Below are positions 18,713 to 28,362 of a stretch of 28,488 nt of DNA, one piece after another. The number at the start of each line of letters is the position of its first letter. The stretch's first letter is position 1. Under the pieces are notes generated by a model. The model saw nothing but the letters and a program-made list of their open reading frames with translations, was not told where the DNA came from and searched no databases. Source of the DNA: Myxococcales bacterium (GTDB lineage Bacteria > Myxococcota_A > UBA9042); NCBI GenBank assembly GCA_037441385.1, contig JBBISH010000088.1, forward strand, positions 1 to 28,488, in the 5' to 3' direction. Made by a program: the position numbers and the translations under genes.

Positions 18713-19588
18713 TCAGCCTGCCACCCGCCGCGCCAGGCGATCGGCGGTGCCGCTGGTCTGGCCGCGCCACTCGGCCACCAATCGATCCAGCTGGGCCTGG
18801 CAAGTGCGCCAAACTAGGGCGTGAAACTCGGCGACCGCGACCGGATCGTCGGCCAAGTGGGCGCCCGGCGGCGGGGCGATCGGCTCGCCAATTTCGTACG
18901 TGAACTTCACCGGCAGCGGCAGGATGCCCAGGCCCAGCGACAGCGGAAAGTCGTAGCGCGCCTTGCCCTGACCCACCAGCCGCCGCGCCAGCCAGCGCTC
19001 GCGAAACAAGAAGCGGTACGCGTGATCTGGCCCCGCCGCCATGACCGGCACGACCGGCACCTGGGCGCGCATCGCCACCTTGGCAAAGCCCATGCGCTCG
19101 TTCCAGAACAGGCGGTAGCGCTGGTCGGGGTCCTTGAACGACTCGGCCGAGCCGCCAGGATAGACCAGGCACAACTCGCCCTGCTGCAGCAATTCCACGG
19201 CCGTCTGCGGGTCGCCCGGCACCGCACCTACCCGACCAAACGCGCGCGCCGCCGGCGCCAGGGTGAACAGCGCCCGGTCGGCCAGGCCGCGCGGCAGGCG
19301 CCGCAAGTGTTGCCACAGCAAGGGATATAGGCCAAACGAGTCGATGCCCATCAGGCTGTGGTTGCCGGTCAGCAGCGCCCCGCCTGGGGGAACCCGCTCG
19401 GCGTGGCGCAGTTCCGGTTGCACGTATTGCAGCACCGTGGCGACTGCGCCCATGCCCAAGTCCAAGTCAGCGTCGGGCAAAAGCGCCCCCGGCGCGGGCG
19501 GTTCGCGCTGCAGCAAGTGCTTGGCCAGACGGGCGGCCGGCAGCAGCGGGGCCAAGGGCGACGGGGGCGTGGTCAAGGGGTCAGCCAT
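18713..19588 (-). CDS. Lysophospholipid/DAG acyltransferase family protein
   Basis: GNHSLMGID (NHx4-5D), LVYPGG, GFAKVAMRAQVPVVPV, IGEPI motifs. Confidence 0.85.
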   Translation of the reverse strand: MADPLTTPPSPLAPLLPAARLAKHLLQREPPAPGALLPDADLDLGMGAVATVLQYVQPELRHAERVPPGGALLTGNHSLMGIDSFGLYPLLWQHLRRLPRGLADRALFTLAPAARAFGRVGAVPGDPQTAVELLQQGELCLVYPGGSAESFKDPDQRYRLFWNERMGFAKVAMRAQVPVVPVMAAGPDHAYRFLFRERWLARRLVGQGKARYDFPLSLGLGILPLPVKFTYEIGEPIAPPPGAHLADDPVAVAEFHALVWRTCQAQLDRLVAEWRGQTSGTADRLARRVAG

Positions 19589-19646
19589 GTTGCGAGGATG
19601 CCGGTCGAGCGGCGCTCGCGTCAAGTCGGGGCCGTGCGTGACAGCA

Positions 19647-20573
19647 CTAAAGGCCGCGCAGCCACTCGGGTTTGAGCATCCCGGCGTCGCGCTTGGCCAG
19701 CACAGCGTCGATGGCGCGCAGCATCGGCTGCCGGTCGCGGGCGAGCAGGGCGCGCATCGGCAAGTAGTTCGAGGCGTGGTTCGAGCCGAATTGGCAGGCC
19801 GTCAGCTCACTTTCGGCCACCAGGATGCGCAGCTCGCCCAGCAGTCGCCACGGGTCGGGCAGGGCGAAGTCGCCGTTTTGCTGGGCTTGGTACAGCGGCG
19901 TGCCCGGCACCGGCGTCACGGTCAGCGCGCCCACGTAGGGCGGATCGATGCGTGACAAAAGCGACGCTGTTTCATGGGCATGGCGGTCACTCCCCGCCAC
20001 ACCGCCGATGCCCAGCAGTACGATCACTGAATGGCGAATGCCGGCCTCGCGCAGGCGATCGGCGGCCTTGATGACTTGCGCGCGCGTCGAGCCCTTGACG
20101 ATGGCGGCCATCGCTAGGTCATCGCCCGTCTCTACGCCGTGGTAGACCATGCCCAGGCCCAGGTCGGCCAGGTCGCGCAGTTCGGCCGGCGACTTGCGCA
20201 GGATCGACCGGCAGTCGCCGTAGGTGGCCACGCGCTGGACCCACGGCAGCCGCGCCCGCAGGTGGCGAAGGGTCGCAACCAGGCGCGCCTGCGGAAGAAT
20301 CAGGGCATCGCCGTCGCACAGAAACACCCGCCGCGACGGGGCCGGTTGGGCGTGGGCGTAGGCGTCGATCAGCGCCTCGATCTCGGCCTGTGGGCGGACA
20401 GCGAAGCGCTTGTCCGTGTACATCGCGCAGTAGCTGCAGCGGTTGTGCGAACAGCCCACGCTGACCTGCAAAAGCAGCGAGTCGGCCTCGCTGGGCGGCC
20501 GGTAGACGCTGCCGCCGGGGACCAGGGTGCAGCCGTCGGCCGCGGTGGTGACAAACGGAGCGGGCGACGTCAT
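19647..20573 (-). CDS. Radical SAM protein (RPPSEA subfamily)
   Basis: YRPPSEADSLLLQVSVGCSHNRCSYCAMY (CxxxCxxC), FLCDGDAL, GVETG, SNHASNY; ATGA overlap with the upstream methyltransferase. Confidence 0.9.
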   Translation of the reverse strand: MTSPAPFVTTAADGCTLVPGGSVYRPPSEADSLLLQVSVGCSHNRCSYCAMYTDKRFAVRPQAEIEALIDAYAHAQPAPSRRVFLCDGDALILPQARLVATLRHLRARLPWVQRVATYGDCRSILRKSPAELRDLADLGLGMVYHGVETGDDLAMAAIVKGSTRAQVIKAADRLREAGIRHSVIVLLGIGGVAGSDRHAHETASLLSRIDPPYVGALTVTPVPGTPLYQAQQNGDFALPDPWRLLGELRILVAESELTACQFGSNHASNYLPMRALLARDRQPMLRAIDAVLAKRDAGMLKPEWLRGL

Positions 20574-21238
20574 GGCGAGCCCTCCGCCGGGGCCAAGCCC
20601 AGCAACAACCGATTCTTTGGCGTGATCTCCGGCGGAATCTCTTGGGTATGAATCTGGTAGCCCGCGGCCCGCAGCCGCACCGCCCGCTCCACGTCCAGCG
20701 CCAGCGGCCCGTCCAGCCAGCCCCCCAGATCGCCGCGCACGGCCAGGTGGTGGCAGCACGGCAGCACCGCCACATGGGCCCTTACGGCCTGTGCCTGCTG
20801 CAGAATCTGGTCCGTCAGCCCGCCACAGGCGTGGGCCGAGACCACCACATCGCCGGGCCGCAGTGGGACCTGCTCCAACGCCACTTGTTCAAAGCGTACC
20901 CGACCTTGCAGCCTGGGCCACTGTGCCTGCAGCGCCTCTGCGAGCGGCCGGTGGCTGGGCGGCAGGCGCAGATCCGCCGCCAACGCCAGGGGCGACGTGT
21001 CGTCCAGCAGCAGCATGAGGTGGGCCAACAGCCCGTGCCCGCAGCACAAATCGACCACTCGCCCGCCGCGCACGCGCCGCCGGACCCGCCGCGCCATCTC
21101 CCACGCCTCGTACAGCTCTTTGCGAGGCAGCACGCCCACTTGGCAGACCGTGCGCGCCAAGCGATCGAACAGCCCCTCGCCCGCAAACCGCGCGGCGTGC
21201 TGCGGCATCAGGCGGTTGGTCGAGCCCGGCGCATGCAT
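20570..21238 (-). CDS. SAM-dependent methyltransferase
   Basis: VVDLCCGHGLL, HACGGLTD, LPCCH, ITPKNRLL motifs. Confidence 0.8.
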   Translation of the reverse strand: MHAPGSTNRLMPQHAARFAGEGLFDRLARTVCQVGVLPRKELYEAWEMARRVRRRVRGGRVVDLCCGHGLLAHLMLLLDDTSPLALAADLRLPPSHRPLAEALQAQWPRLQGRVRFEQVALEQVPLRPGDVVVSAHACGGLTDQILQQAQAVRAHVAVLPCCHHLAVRGDLGGWLDGPLALDVERAVRLRAAGYQIHTQEIPPEITPKNRLLLGLAPAEGSP

Positions 21239-21269
21239 GGTCAACAGAGCCCCAATGAAAACAACGAGT

Positions 21270-21296
21270 AGAAAATGCCCCCCAAGTTGGCGGGGC
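21270..21296 (-). terminator. Possible intrinsic terminator after the M3 peptidase
   Basis: Minus strand GCCCCGCCAACTTGGGGGGC hairpin followed by ATTTTCT, immediately after the stop. Confidence 0.4.
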
Positions 21297-23323
21297 TAGA
21301 CCGCGTCCAGACCGCGCTTGTGCAGCATCGCTGCCACGTCGGGATCGCGGCCGCGGAAGGCGCGAAAGGCCGCCCCGGGCTCCAGCGTGTTGGCGGCGCT
21401 GTAGACGTACTGATGCAGCCGCTTGGCCACACCGGCGTCAAAGGGGCTGCCCGCCTCGACAAACGCGCCAAAAGCGTCGGCGTCCAGCACCTCGGCCCAG
21501 ATGTAGACATAGTAGGCGGCGGCGTATTCCGCGCCCGAGAACAGGTGCAAGAAGTGCGGCAGCCGATGGCGCGGCACCACCTCGGCGGGCATGCCCAGGC
21601 GTGTCAACTCGGCTTTTTCCCAGGTATCCAGGTCAGCCAAGTCCAGGCCAGGGTCGGTGTGCAGCGCCTGGTCCAGCAGGGCCGACGACAGGTATTCCAC
21701 CGTCTCGAGGCCGCCGCCAAACCGCCGCGCCGCCAGCAGGTTGTCCAGCAGGGTCTGCGGCAGGGGCTCGCCGGTGTCGCAGTGGCGGGCGTGCTGGGCC
21801 AGCACCTGCGGCTCCAGCACCCAGTGCTCAAAAAGCTGCGACGGCAGCTCGACAAAGTCGCGCAGCACCCGCGTGCCGGCCAGCCGCTCGTAGGTGGCGT
21901 TCGACAGCAGTCCGTGCAGCCCGTGGCCAAACTCGTGGAACAGCGTGCGCGCGTCGTCCAAACTGAGCAGGCATTCTTGGCCCGGCGCAGGTTTGGCGAA
22001 GTTGTTGTGGTTGCCCACGATCGGCAGCACCGCGCCGCCGGCCTTGCGCTGGAAGCGATACTCGTTCATCCACGCGCCGCTGCGCTTGGTCGGCCGGGCG
22101 TAGTTGTCGGTCAGGAACACGCCCACCGGTGCGCCGTCCGCGCCGCGCACCTGGTACACGCGTACGTCGGGGTGGTAGGTCGCGATGCCGTGCTGCTCAA
22201 CAAAGTCCAGCCCAAACAGGCGCTTGGCGCAGTCAAACATCGCCGCGGTCATCGCCGACAAGGTGAAGTACGGCTTGACCGCGTCGTCGTCCACCGCGTG
22301 ACGCTGCGAGCGCAGTTGCTCGGACCAGTACCGCCAATCCCACGGCTGCAAGGGCTCGCTTTGGCCGCGTGCGCTGGCCAGTTGCGCCAGCTCGTCGCGC
22401 TCGCGCCCCACCTTGCGCAGGGCCGGCTGCCACGCGCGTTGCAGCAGGTCGCTCACCGCCGCCGGGCCGCGCGCCATCGTGTCGGTCAAGGCGAACGACG
22501 CAAAATCGCGGTAGCCGTGCAAGCCCGCCAGTTCGTGGCGCAGCCGCAAAATCGCCCGGATCACAGGGGCATTGTCGCGCTGCGGCTGCAACTGGCCGCG
22601 GCGGATCCAGGCCCGCCAGGCCCGCTCGCGCAGGGATCGCCGCGGACAAGTCGCCAAGAGCGGCATCACCTGCGAGCGCGACAGGGGCAGGACATGACCG
22701 CCGCGCCCGCGATCGGCGGCGGCTTGGGCCGTGGCGGCGCGCAAACCCGGCGACAGGCTGGCCACGTCGTCGTCGCTCAGTTCCACCACGAATTCGCGCT
22801 CGTCGGCCAGTACGTTCTGGGCAAAGCGCGTCTGCAGTTCTGCAAGTTCTTGGGCTATCTCAAGCGCCCGCTGCCGACCGGCCGGCGCCAGGCGGGCCCC
22901 AGCCAGGCAAAAGTCCAGATGCAAGCGCTCGACCAAGCGCCGCTCTTCGGCGCCCAGGCCGTCGCGTTGCCGAAAGACGGTGTCCAGTCGCGCAAACGCG
23001 CCCGGGTGCTGCAGAACCGCAGCATCGTGGCCGGCCAGGAGTGGTGTCACGACGAGCTCGACCGCCTGTAGCTCGGGCGACGCCTCGGCCGCCACCCAAT
23101 TGCTGAAGAGCAGGGCGATGCGCTTGTAGGCGGCACCTGCGGCATCCAAAGCCAGCGCCGTATTGGCGAAATCCGGCGGATCGGTCTGGGCGGCCAGGGC
23201 ATCGAGCTGGGTCAGGTGTTCGGCCATCGCCGCCCGCACCGCAGGCTCAAAGTCGCCAGCGCGGATCTGGTCAAAGGGTGGCAGACCAAAGGGACCGGTC
23301 CAGGGAGCCAGCAGCAGGTTCAT
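21296..23323 (-). CDS. dcp: M3 family metallopeptidase (peptidyl-dipeptidase Dcp-like)
   Basis: PFGLPPF N-terminus, PWDWRYW, KRSGAWM, FHEFGHGLH, DFVELPSQLFEHW, YYVYIWAEVLDAD, FRGRDP. Confidence 0.88.
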   Translation of the reverse strand: MNLLLAPWTGPFGLPPFDQIRAGDFEPAVRAAMAEHLTQLDALAAQTDPPDFANTALALDAAGAAYKRIALLFSNWVAAEASPELQAVELVVTPLLAGHDAAVLQHPGAFARLDTVFRQRDGLGAEERRLVERLHLDFCLAGARLAPAGRQRALEIAQELAELQTRFAQNVLADEREFVVELSDDDVASLSPGLRAATAQAAADRGRGGHVLPLSRSQVMPLLATCPRRSLRERAWRAWIRRGQLQPQRDNAPVIRAILRLRHELAGLHGYRDFASFALTDTMARGPAAVSDLLQRAWQPALRKVGRERDELAQLASARGQSEPLQPWDWRYWSEQLRSQRHAVDDDAVKPYFTLSAMTAAMFDCAKRLFGLDFVEQHGIATYHPDVRVYQVRGADGAPVGVFLTDNYARPTKRSGAWMNEYRFQRKAGGAVLPIVGNHNNFAKPAPGQECLLSLDDARTLFHEFGHGLHGLLSNATYERLAGTRVLRDFVELPSQLFEHWVLEPQVLAQHARHCDTGEPLPQTLLDNLLAARRFGGGLETVEYLSSALLDQALHTDPGLDLADLDTWEKAELTRLGMPAEVVPRHRLPHFLHLFSGAEYAAAYYVYIWAEVLDADAFGAFVEAGSPFDAGVAKRLHQYVYSAANTLEPGAAFRAFRGRDPDVAAMLHKRGLDAV

Positions 23324-23434
23324 GGCACGCTCGCACGGGTTGCGCCAAGTCGGGCGCAGGCGCGACAGCGTGGCATGGCCGGCAGCGGCGATTCAAGGGG
23401 GGCGGCGCGGATCGCTGCGGATCGAGCTCGATCG

Positions 23435-23533
23435 CTAGAGAGCGGATCAATTTGAGTTCTTCGCCGCGCCGCACCCGCCGCAATTGGAGCGGCGAGTCCC
23501 CAACGGGGCGAGCTTGCGACCCACCTGGCAGCG
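23435..23533 (+). repeat. Repeat family B, copy 1
   Basis: Aligns by eye with 25162-25261 (CTA..ATCAATT..TTCGCCGCG..CGAGTC..TGCG.CCCA). Confidence 0.6.
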
Positions 23534-23593
23534 AGAGACCTGACCAGAACATCCAATAACTGAACGAGTGTACCGTAATTGGTCAGGTTTCTA
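23534..23593. repeat. ~60-bp AT-richer element with 13-bp inverted ends
   Basis: AGAGACCTGACCA...TGGTCAGGTTTCT (12/13 complementary); overlaps the stop codon of the histidine kinase. Confidence 0.6.
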
Positions 23594-25144
23594 GGGCGCA
23601 GCGGCCGCAAACGACCGCCCCCGCGCCTGGTCGATGGCAGCCCGCAGGCGGCGGCCCAGCTCAGGCCCGTTGAACGGTTTTTGCAGGATGTCCGACCGGC
23701 TGGGCGCGCCGTCGGCATAGCCCGAAATGAACAGCACCGGCAGGTTTGGATCGATGGCCAGCGCCCGTTGCGCCGCCTCTTGGCCGCCCAGCCGCGGCAT
23801 GCGCAGGTCGAAGATCGCCGCCGAATACGCGGCCGGGGCGTTGACCAGCCGCTCCAGTGCCGCAAAGCCGTCGCCCGCCTCGTCCACTTGCCAACCCATG
23901 CGCTGCAGCATCCGCGCGGTCACGCGGCGCACCAGTTCGTCGTCGTCGGCCAAGAGCACCCGCTCGCCCGGCCGGGCACTCCCCATGGGCTCCACGGGCG
24001 CACTACTGGCCTCTAGCACTGGCGGATTCGCCTGTGGCAACCGAATGTAGACGGCAGTACCCGCCCCCGGCGAACTTTCCAGCCAGATGCTGCCTCCGCT
24101 TTGGGTGATGATGCCGTGGCTCACCGCCAGGCCCAGTCCGGTGCCGCGCCCCAGCTCTTTGGTGGTGTAGAAGGGTTCGAACACGCGTGGCAGCACCTCG
24201 GCCGGGATGCCTTCACCGTCGTCTACCACGCTGATCAGCACGGAAGGGCGCGAATCACGGCCAGTTCCTGTCGGCTCCAGCGTCATGCCCAGCTGCAGGT
24301 GACCGCCGTGGGGCATGGCGTCGCGGGCGTTGGTGGCCAGATTGACCAGCACTTGTTCCAGCTGCGCGGGGTCCACACCCACCCACACGGGGCCTTCGGG
24401 GACGCGGAGGCTCACGGCAATCGTGCCGCCCAGCAACCGCTCGATCAGCGGGCCCAGGCGCTGCAAGGCCTGCCGCAAATCCAGGGTGAGCGGCCGGGCA
24501 GGCTGGCGCCGGGCAAATCCCAGCAGTTGGCGAGTCAGTTCGGCAGCGCGGCGGACCGCAGCTTCGGCGCTCGCCAGATCGGCGCGGATGGACTCGTCGC
24601 GGGTGGTCGCCGCAGCCAGCGCCACATGCATACCGATCGCGCTCAGCAGGTTGTTGAAGTCATGGGCAATTCCGCCGGCCAGGGTGCCCAGCGATTCCAG
24701 CCGCTGGCGATGCAGTTGTTGCTCTTCGACCAGGTGCTGTTCGGCCTGCTGCAGCTTGCGCTCCGAGATGTCGCGCGAGTTGGTCACCACGCCGCGCACG
24801 TCCGGATTCTCGAGCTGGTTGCTGGCAATGGCTTCCATCCACGTCCAGCCGCCCTCTTTGCGCCGGTAGCGGTATTCCACGGTAGCGGTCGCCCCGGGGG
24901 TCGCCAAAATACGCACGAATTCTGCTTGGACTCGGGCGCGATCTTCGGGATGGAACAGGTCAAAGGTGTCGATGCCGGCCAACTCGGCGGTGGAAAACCC
25001 GCTGATCCGCTCGGCGGCGGGCGAGTTGTAGACCAGCCGACCCTGACCATCCAGCAGCGAAACGATGTCGCCCGAGTGCTCGGTGAGCGCGCGGAACATC
25101 GCCTCAGACCAATGCGGCGCGACGGGCGCGGACTCATCGGACAT
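23591..25144 (-). CDS. PAS-domain hybrid sensor histidine kinase/receiver (CckA-like architecture)
   Basis: PAS/PAC, LAGGIAHDFNNLL H-box, NLATNARDAM, DDGEGI, FEPFYTTK, GTGLGL, receiver LLADDD...DLRMP...QKPF; AGGAG RBS before ATG 25144. Confidence 0.92.
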   Translation of the reverse strand: MSDESAPVAPHWSEAMFRALTEHSGDIVSLLDGQGRLVYNSPAAERISGFSTAELAGIDTFDLFHPEDRARVQAEFVRILATPGATATVEYRYRRKEGGWTWMEAIASNQLENPDVRGVVTNSRDISERKLQQAEQHLVEEQQLHRQRLESLGTLAGGIAHDFNNLLSAIGMHVALAAATTRDESIRADLASAEAAVRRAAELTRQLLGFARRQPARPLTLDLRQALQRLGPLIERLLGGTIAVSLRVPEGPVWVGVDPAQLEQVLVNLATNARDAMPHGGHLQLGMTLEPTGTGRDSRPSVLISVVDDGEGIPAEVLPRVFEPFYTTKELGRGTGLGLAVSHGIITQSGGSIWLESSPGAGTAVYIRLPQANPPVLEASSAPVEPMGSARPGERVLLADDDELVRRVTARMLQRMGWQVDEAGDGFAALERLVNAPAAYSAAIFDLRMPRLGGQEAAQRALAIDPNLPVLFISGYADGAPSRSDILQKPFNGPELGRRLRAAIDQARGRSFAAAAP

Positions 25145-25161
25145 GGTGGGGCTCCTGGGGC

Positions 25162-25261
25162 CTAAAGGGTGAATCAATTGGGACTTTCGCCGCGGATCCG
25201 ATCCGTCGAACTCGGCGCGACGAGTCGTTGCGTGCGCTCGCGTGCGCCCCATTTGACCGCG
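25162..25261 (+). repeat. Repeat family B, copy 2
   Basis: Diverged direct repeat of 23435-23533. Confidence 0.6.
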
Positions 25262-25415
25262 TCGCTGCGAGCTGGGCAGCACGCGCACGGTGCGGCCGTG
25301 TGGACCAATTTGCGCTTCCGAGCACGCGAGTATAGATGGTCATGGCGCAAAGACAACCGGGCTTGGCGGACGGACCTTAGCCCGCCGCGGCAGCGGGCCA
25401 ACCAGCAGGGCTTTC

Positions 25416-25564
25416 AGACGCACCCCACCTGATTCACGCACCTGATTCGCGACGGTACGGCTTCGCGGATCCACCACGCAACTGGCGAGAATTAGACGGG
25501 GACCCCGGTTCGGATCCGCAGAACTGCCGGGGAGTTCGAGCTGCTTCACTGGGATACCGTTCTA
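25416..25564 (+). mobile_element. MITE-like repeat family A, copy 3 (with internal duplication)
   Basis: GCACCCCACCTGATTCACGC start as in copy 1; core GCAACTGGCGAGAATTAGACGGGGACCCCGGTTCGG; CACCTGATTC duplicated; ends in the stop codon of the lipoprotein gene. Confidence 0.72.
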
Positions 25565-26527
25565 CTGAGGCACATCGGCCAATTTCTCGCGGTAGAACGG
25601 AGTGGCCTGCACCCCGGCCAGGCTGGCTTCCAGCGGGACGTAGGTGCGCAGGTACTCGACCACGCGCGCCTCGGACCGCCGCAGCCAGCCGCTGCTCTGC
25701 CCGCGCGACAGTCCAGAAGCCTCACTGTGCAGCGCGTCGGCATGGCGCAGATCGCGCTCCAAGTCGCGCAGACGCAGGCAGGCCGGCGAGTCGGCCGCGG
25801 CCAGGCAACCAAACCACTCTTGCGGCATGGTCTTTCGCCAAAGTCCGGTGGGGCCGGTCACTTGCACCATCGTCTCGACCAGCGCATCGACCACGTCGGC
25901 TGGGTCGGGCGCCGGCCGCTGCAACTTGTCGACCATCCCGCGGATGAAGACCTTGCGCTCGATCAGCAGCACCGCAATTTCCTTGGCCGTCTTGCCCTCG
26001 GGCGTGGTCGGCTCCTGCTCGGCCGCGGGCGCTGGCTCGGCGGCGGGCGGCGGCGCGGCGTGGGGCGCGGGCTTGGCCCCCGGATCCAACAGCGCCGACC
26101 GCACGCATTGGGCCTGCCATTTGAACGTGTGGCGCTCCACCGTCTCTTGGGCGCGCACCTTGGCGCCGCCTGCGCCCAGTCGCTCGACCGATTTCTGGCT
26201 GGTGGTCACCTCGTCGCGCATCGTCAGGCCCGCCAGCGCGTCGCAGCCGGACCGGCGTGCCTGGTTGCTGAGCGCGACAATCACCTGCGGACGGTCGGCC
26301 TCGCCCTTGGTCGTGTCGGTGTGCAGCGTTCCCACCACGGTCACCGGCTGGGCCAGCGCGTCGGCCGTCTCGACGACTTTGATCTCGGACTTGATGGGGA
26401 GCGCGGCAAAGCGCGGTACCCCTGGAGTGCGCTCCAAAAGGACGCCAGGGCCACAGCCGGTGACCAGCGCCGCGGCCCACAGCAGGGCCCCCCATACAAC
26501 GAACTGGCTGATCTTGTTCTGCATCAA
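25562..26527 (-). CDS. Hypothetical lipoprotein
   Basis: Lipobox LVTG-C, Pro/Ala linker, helical C-terminal domain with a Cys pair; GGGAG RBS; start TTG 26527 or ATG 26524. Confidence 0.7.
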   Translation of the reverse strand: MMQNKISQFVVWGALLWAAALVTGCGPGVLLERTPGVPRFAALPIKSEIKVVETADALAQPVTVVGTLHTDTTKGEADRPQVIVALSNQARRSGCDALAGLTMRDEVTTSQKSVERLGAGGAKVRAQETVERHTFKWQAQCVRSALLDPGAKPAPHAAPPPAAEPAPAAEQEPTTPEGKTAKEIAVLLIERKVFIRGMVDKLQRPAPDPADVVDALVETMVQVTGPTGLWRKTMPQEWFGCLAAADSPACLRLRDLERDLRHADALHSEASGLSRGQSSGWLRRSEARVVEYLRTYVPLEASLAGVQATPFYREKLADVPQ

Positions 26528-26764
26528 CCGTCAATCTCCCCTAGCCGGTAGCCGACCTACCCCCGTAGGCGGTCTGTGCCCGGCGAACTGCGGCCGCAAG
26601 TATGCTTTTTCTGGCTTGAGCGAGCAAGGCAGGGGCCGACGCCCCGGACGGCATTCGGCTTTTGCGGCCCAGCGGCAAGACCGCTGTTGCGGTCCGGCAG
26701 GCGAACCGGCAAAGTACCCGCCATGGCGCGGCGGGGAGCGTGGCCAGCAGCAGTTGGGGTGTCG

Positions 26765-27721
26765 ATGGCGACGAGGCACGCGTTTGGCGCGACGGACCGG
26801 CTGGACCAGTTGAACGACGCAACCGCCGTTATCCAAGCGGTGAGTCCAACGGTCGAGAACCTGCTGGCGCGCGCTTCGGAATCGCCGCCGTCGCTGCTGC
26901 TGCTGCAGGGCCCAGCGAACCGCATGGGCGAGCTGTGGCGCCTGGATCAGGCGGTGGTGCAAGTGGGGCGGGCGCCAGTCGCCGACATCTACTTGGACGA
27001 CAAGAGCCTGAGCAAGCTACACTTGGCGATCCACCAGTTTGGCGAGGAAGTGCGCGTGGTGGACCTGGCCTCGACCAACCGCACCCTGGTCAACGGGGTG
27101 GCGCTGAAGCCCCACGAACCAGCCGCGCTCAAAGACAACGACCAGATCAAAGCCGGCAACGTGCTGCTGAAGTTTCTGGCCGCCGGGAACGTGGAAGCGC
27201 TGGCCGCGCAAGAGGTCTTGGACCGCCTGCGCCGGGATTCGCTGACCGGCACGTTCAACAAAGGCGCGCTACTGGCGCGGGTGCCCGACGTGCTGGTGCG
27301 GTCGCGGCTGAACGAGTGGTCGCTGGGCGTGTCGGTCTGGGACCTGGACCACTTCAAGAAGGTCAACGATACCTGGGGGCACGACGCGGGCGACCATGTG
27401 CTGAAGGAAATGGCGGCGCTGCTGAAAGGCCTGGCTCGTCCGCAGGATTTTGTCGCGCGCTTTGGCGGCGAGGAATTCGTGGTGCTGCACCAGCAATCCA
27501 ATCGCGCTGAGGTGGCCGAGATCGCCGAACGCGCGCGCGCCGCCGTACAGGCCCACGATTTCAGCTTCAAGGGCCAGACGATCGCGCTGACTGTCTCGAT
27601 CGGCGCGGCCATGCTCACTGCGGAGTGCACGGATTGGGATTGCCTTTTCAAGCAGGCCGACCAAGCCCTGTACCGTTCGAAGCATGGCGGGCGCAATCAG
27701 GTCAGCTGGGCCGAGCCGTAG
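26765..27721 (+). CDS. FHA-GGDEF diguanylate cyclase
   Basis: FHA motifs VGR, LSKLH, DLASTN; DSLTG, DLDHFKKVNDTWGHDAGD, RPQD I-site, RFGGEEF; start may instead be TTG 26810. Confidence 0.88.
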   Translation: MATRHAFGATDRLDQLNDATAVIQAVSPTVENLLARASESPPSLLLLQGPANRMGELWRLDQAVVQVGRAPVADIYLDDKSLSKLHLAIHQFGEEVRVVDLASTNRTLVNGVALKPHEPAALKDNDQIKAGNVLLKFLAAGNVEALAAQEVLDRLRRDSLTGTFNKGALLARVPDVLVRSRLNEWSLGVSVWDLDHFKKVNDTWGHDAGDHVLKEMAALLKGLARPQDFVARFGGEEFVVLHQQSNRAEVAEIAERARAAVQAHDFSFKGQTIALTVSIGAAMLTAECTDWDCLFKQADQALYRSKHGGRNQVSWAEP

Positions 27722-27760
27722 CTGGACCAACCTACCGTTTCCCGTCTTGAGCCCGCCGCC

Positions 27761-28318
27761 ATGCTGCGCCACCTGACCGCCGCCGACTATGTACCGCAAC
27801 GCTGGGCCAATGGCCGCGGCACCACCACCGAGCTGTTGCGCATCGTGCGCGACGGCCAGCTTCTGGTGCGCCTGTCGATGGCGATGGTCAAGGAAGATGG
27901 CGAATTCTCTGTCTTTCCTGGCATCGAGCGCAACCTGACGGTGATCGCCGGTCCAGGGTTTCGCTTGGTTGGCCCCGGCCTTGACCTGGCCTGCGCGGCG
28001 CTGGTGCCGGTGGCCTTCCCTGGCGACGTGCCCGTGCGCGCGGTGGGTACGCACCGCAAGCAGTCCGATGATTTTGGGGTGATGACCGCGCGCCACCTGC
28101 CGCGCCCTGCGGTCACGCTGGAGTGCGACGGCTCGGAGCTGGCCGCGGGCGGGCTGCTCGCCTTGTTCGCGCTGGGCGAGGTGACGGTGGCCGGAATGCC
28201 GCTGGCGCGCTACGACCTGCTGCTGACCGACGGCCCGGCCGACGTCCGCGGGCTGTGGCCGGTGATTGCCGTGCGCCTCTGGGGCGTGGAGTACGGCGGA
28301 GCGCCCTCTGGCGCGTGA
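27761..28318 (+). CDS. hutD: HutD/Ves family protein
   Basis: WANGRGTTTEL, RLSMAMV..DGEFSVFPGIER, FPGD, DFGVM motifs. Confidence 0.8.
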   Translation: MLRHLTAADYVPQRWANGRGTTTELLRIVRDGQLLVRLSMAMVKEDGEFSVFPGIERNLTVIAGPGFRLVGPGLDLACAALVPVAFPGDVPVRAVGTHRKQSDDFGVMTARHLPRPAVTLECDGSELAAGGLLALFALGEVTVAGMPLARYDLLLTDGPADVRGLWPVIAVRLWGVEYGGAPSGA

Positions 28319-28362
28319 TGCCAGAGAACGTTCGACACGCAAGCCCCCTGTTTATCTTAGAT

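Noticed and set aside
21275..23071. 598-aa plus-strand ORF
   Set aside because: Antisense to the well-supported M3 peptidase
26551..26574. CCTAC-CCCC-GTAGG hairpin as a GTAG-type REP
   Set aside because: Single short occurrence in a divergent promoter region; no second copy and no RAYT gene
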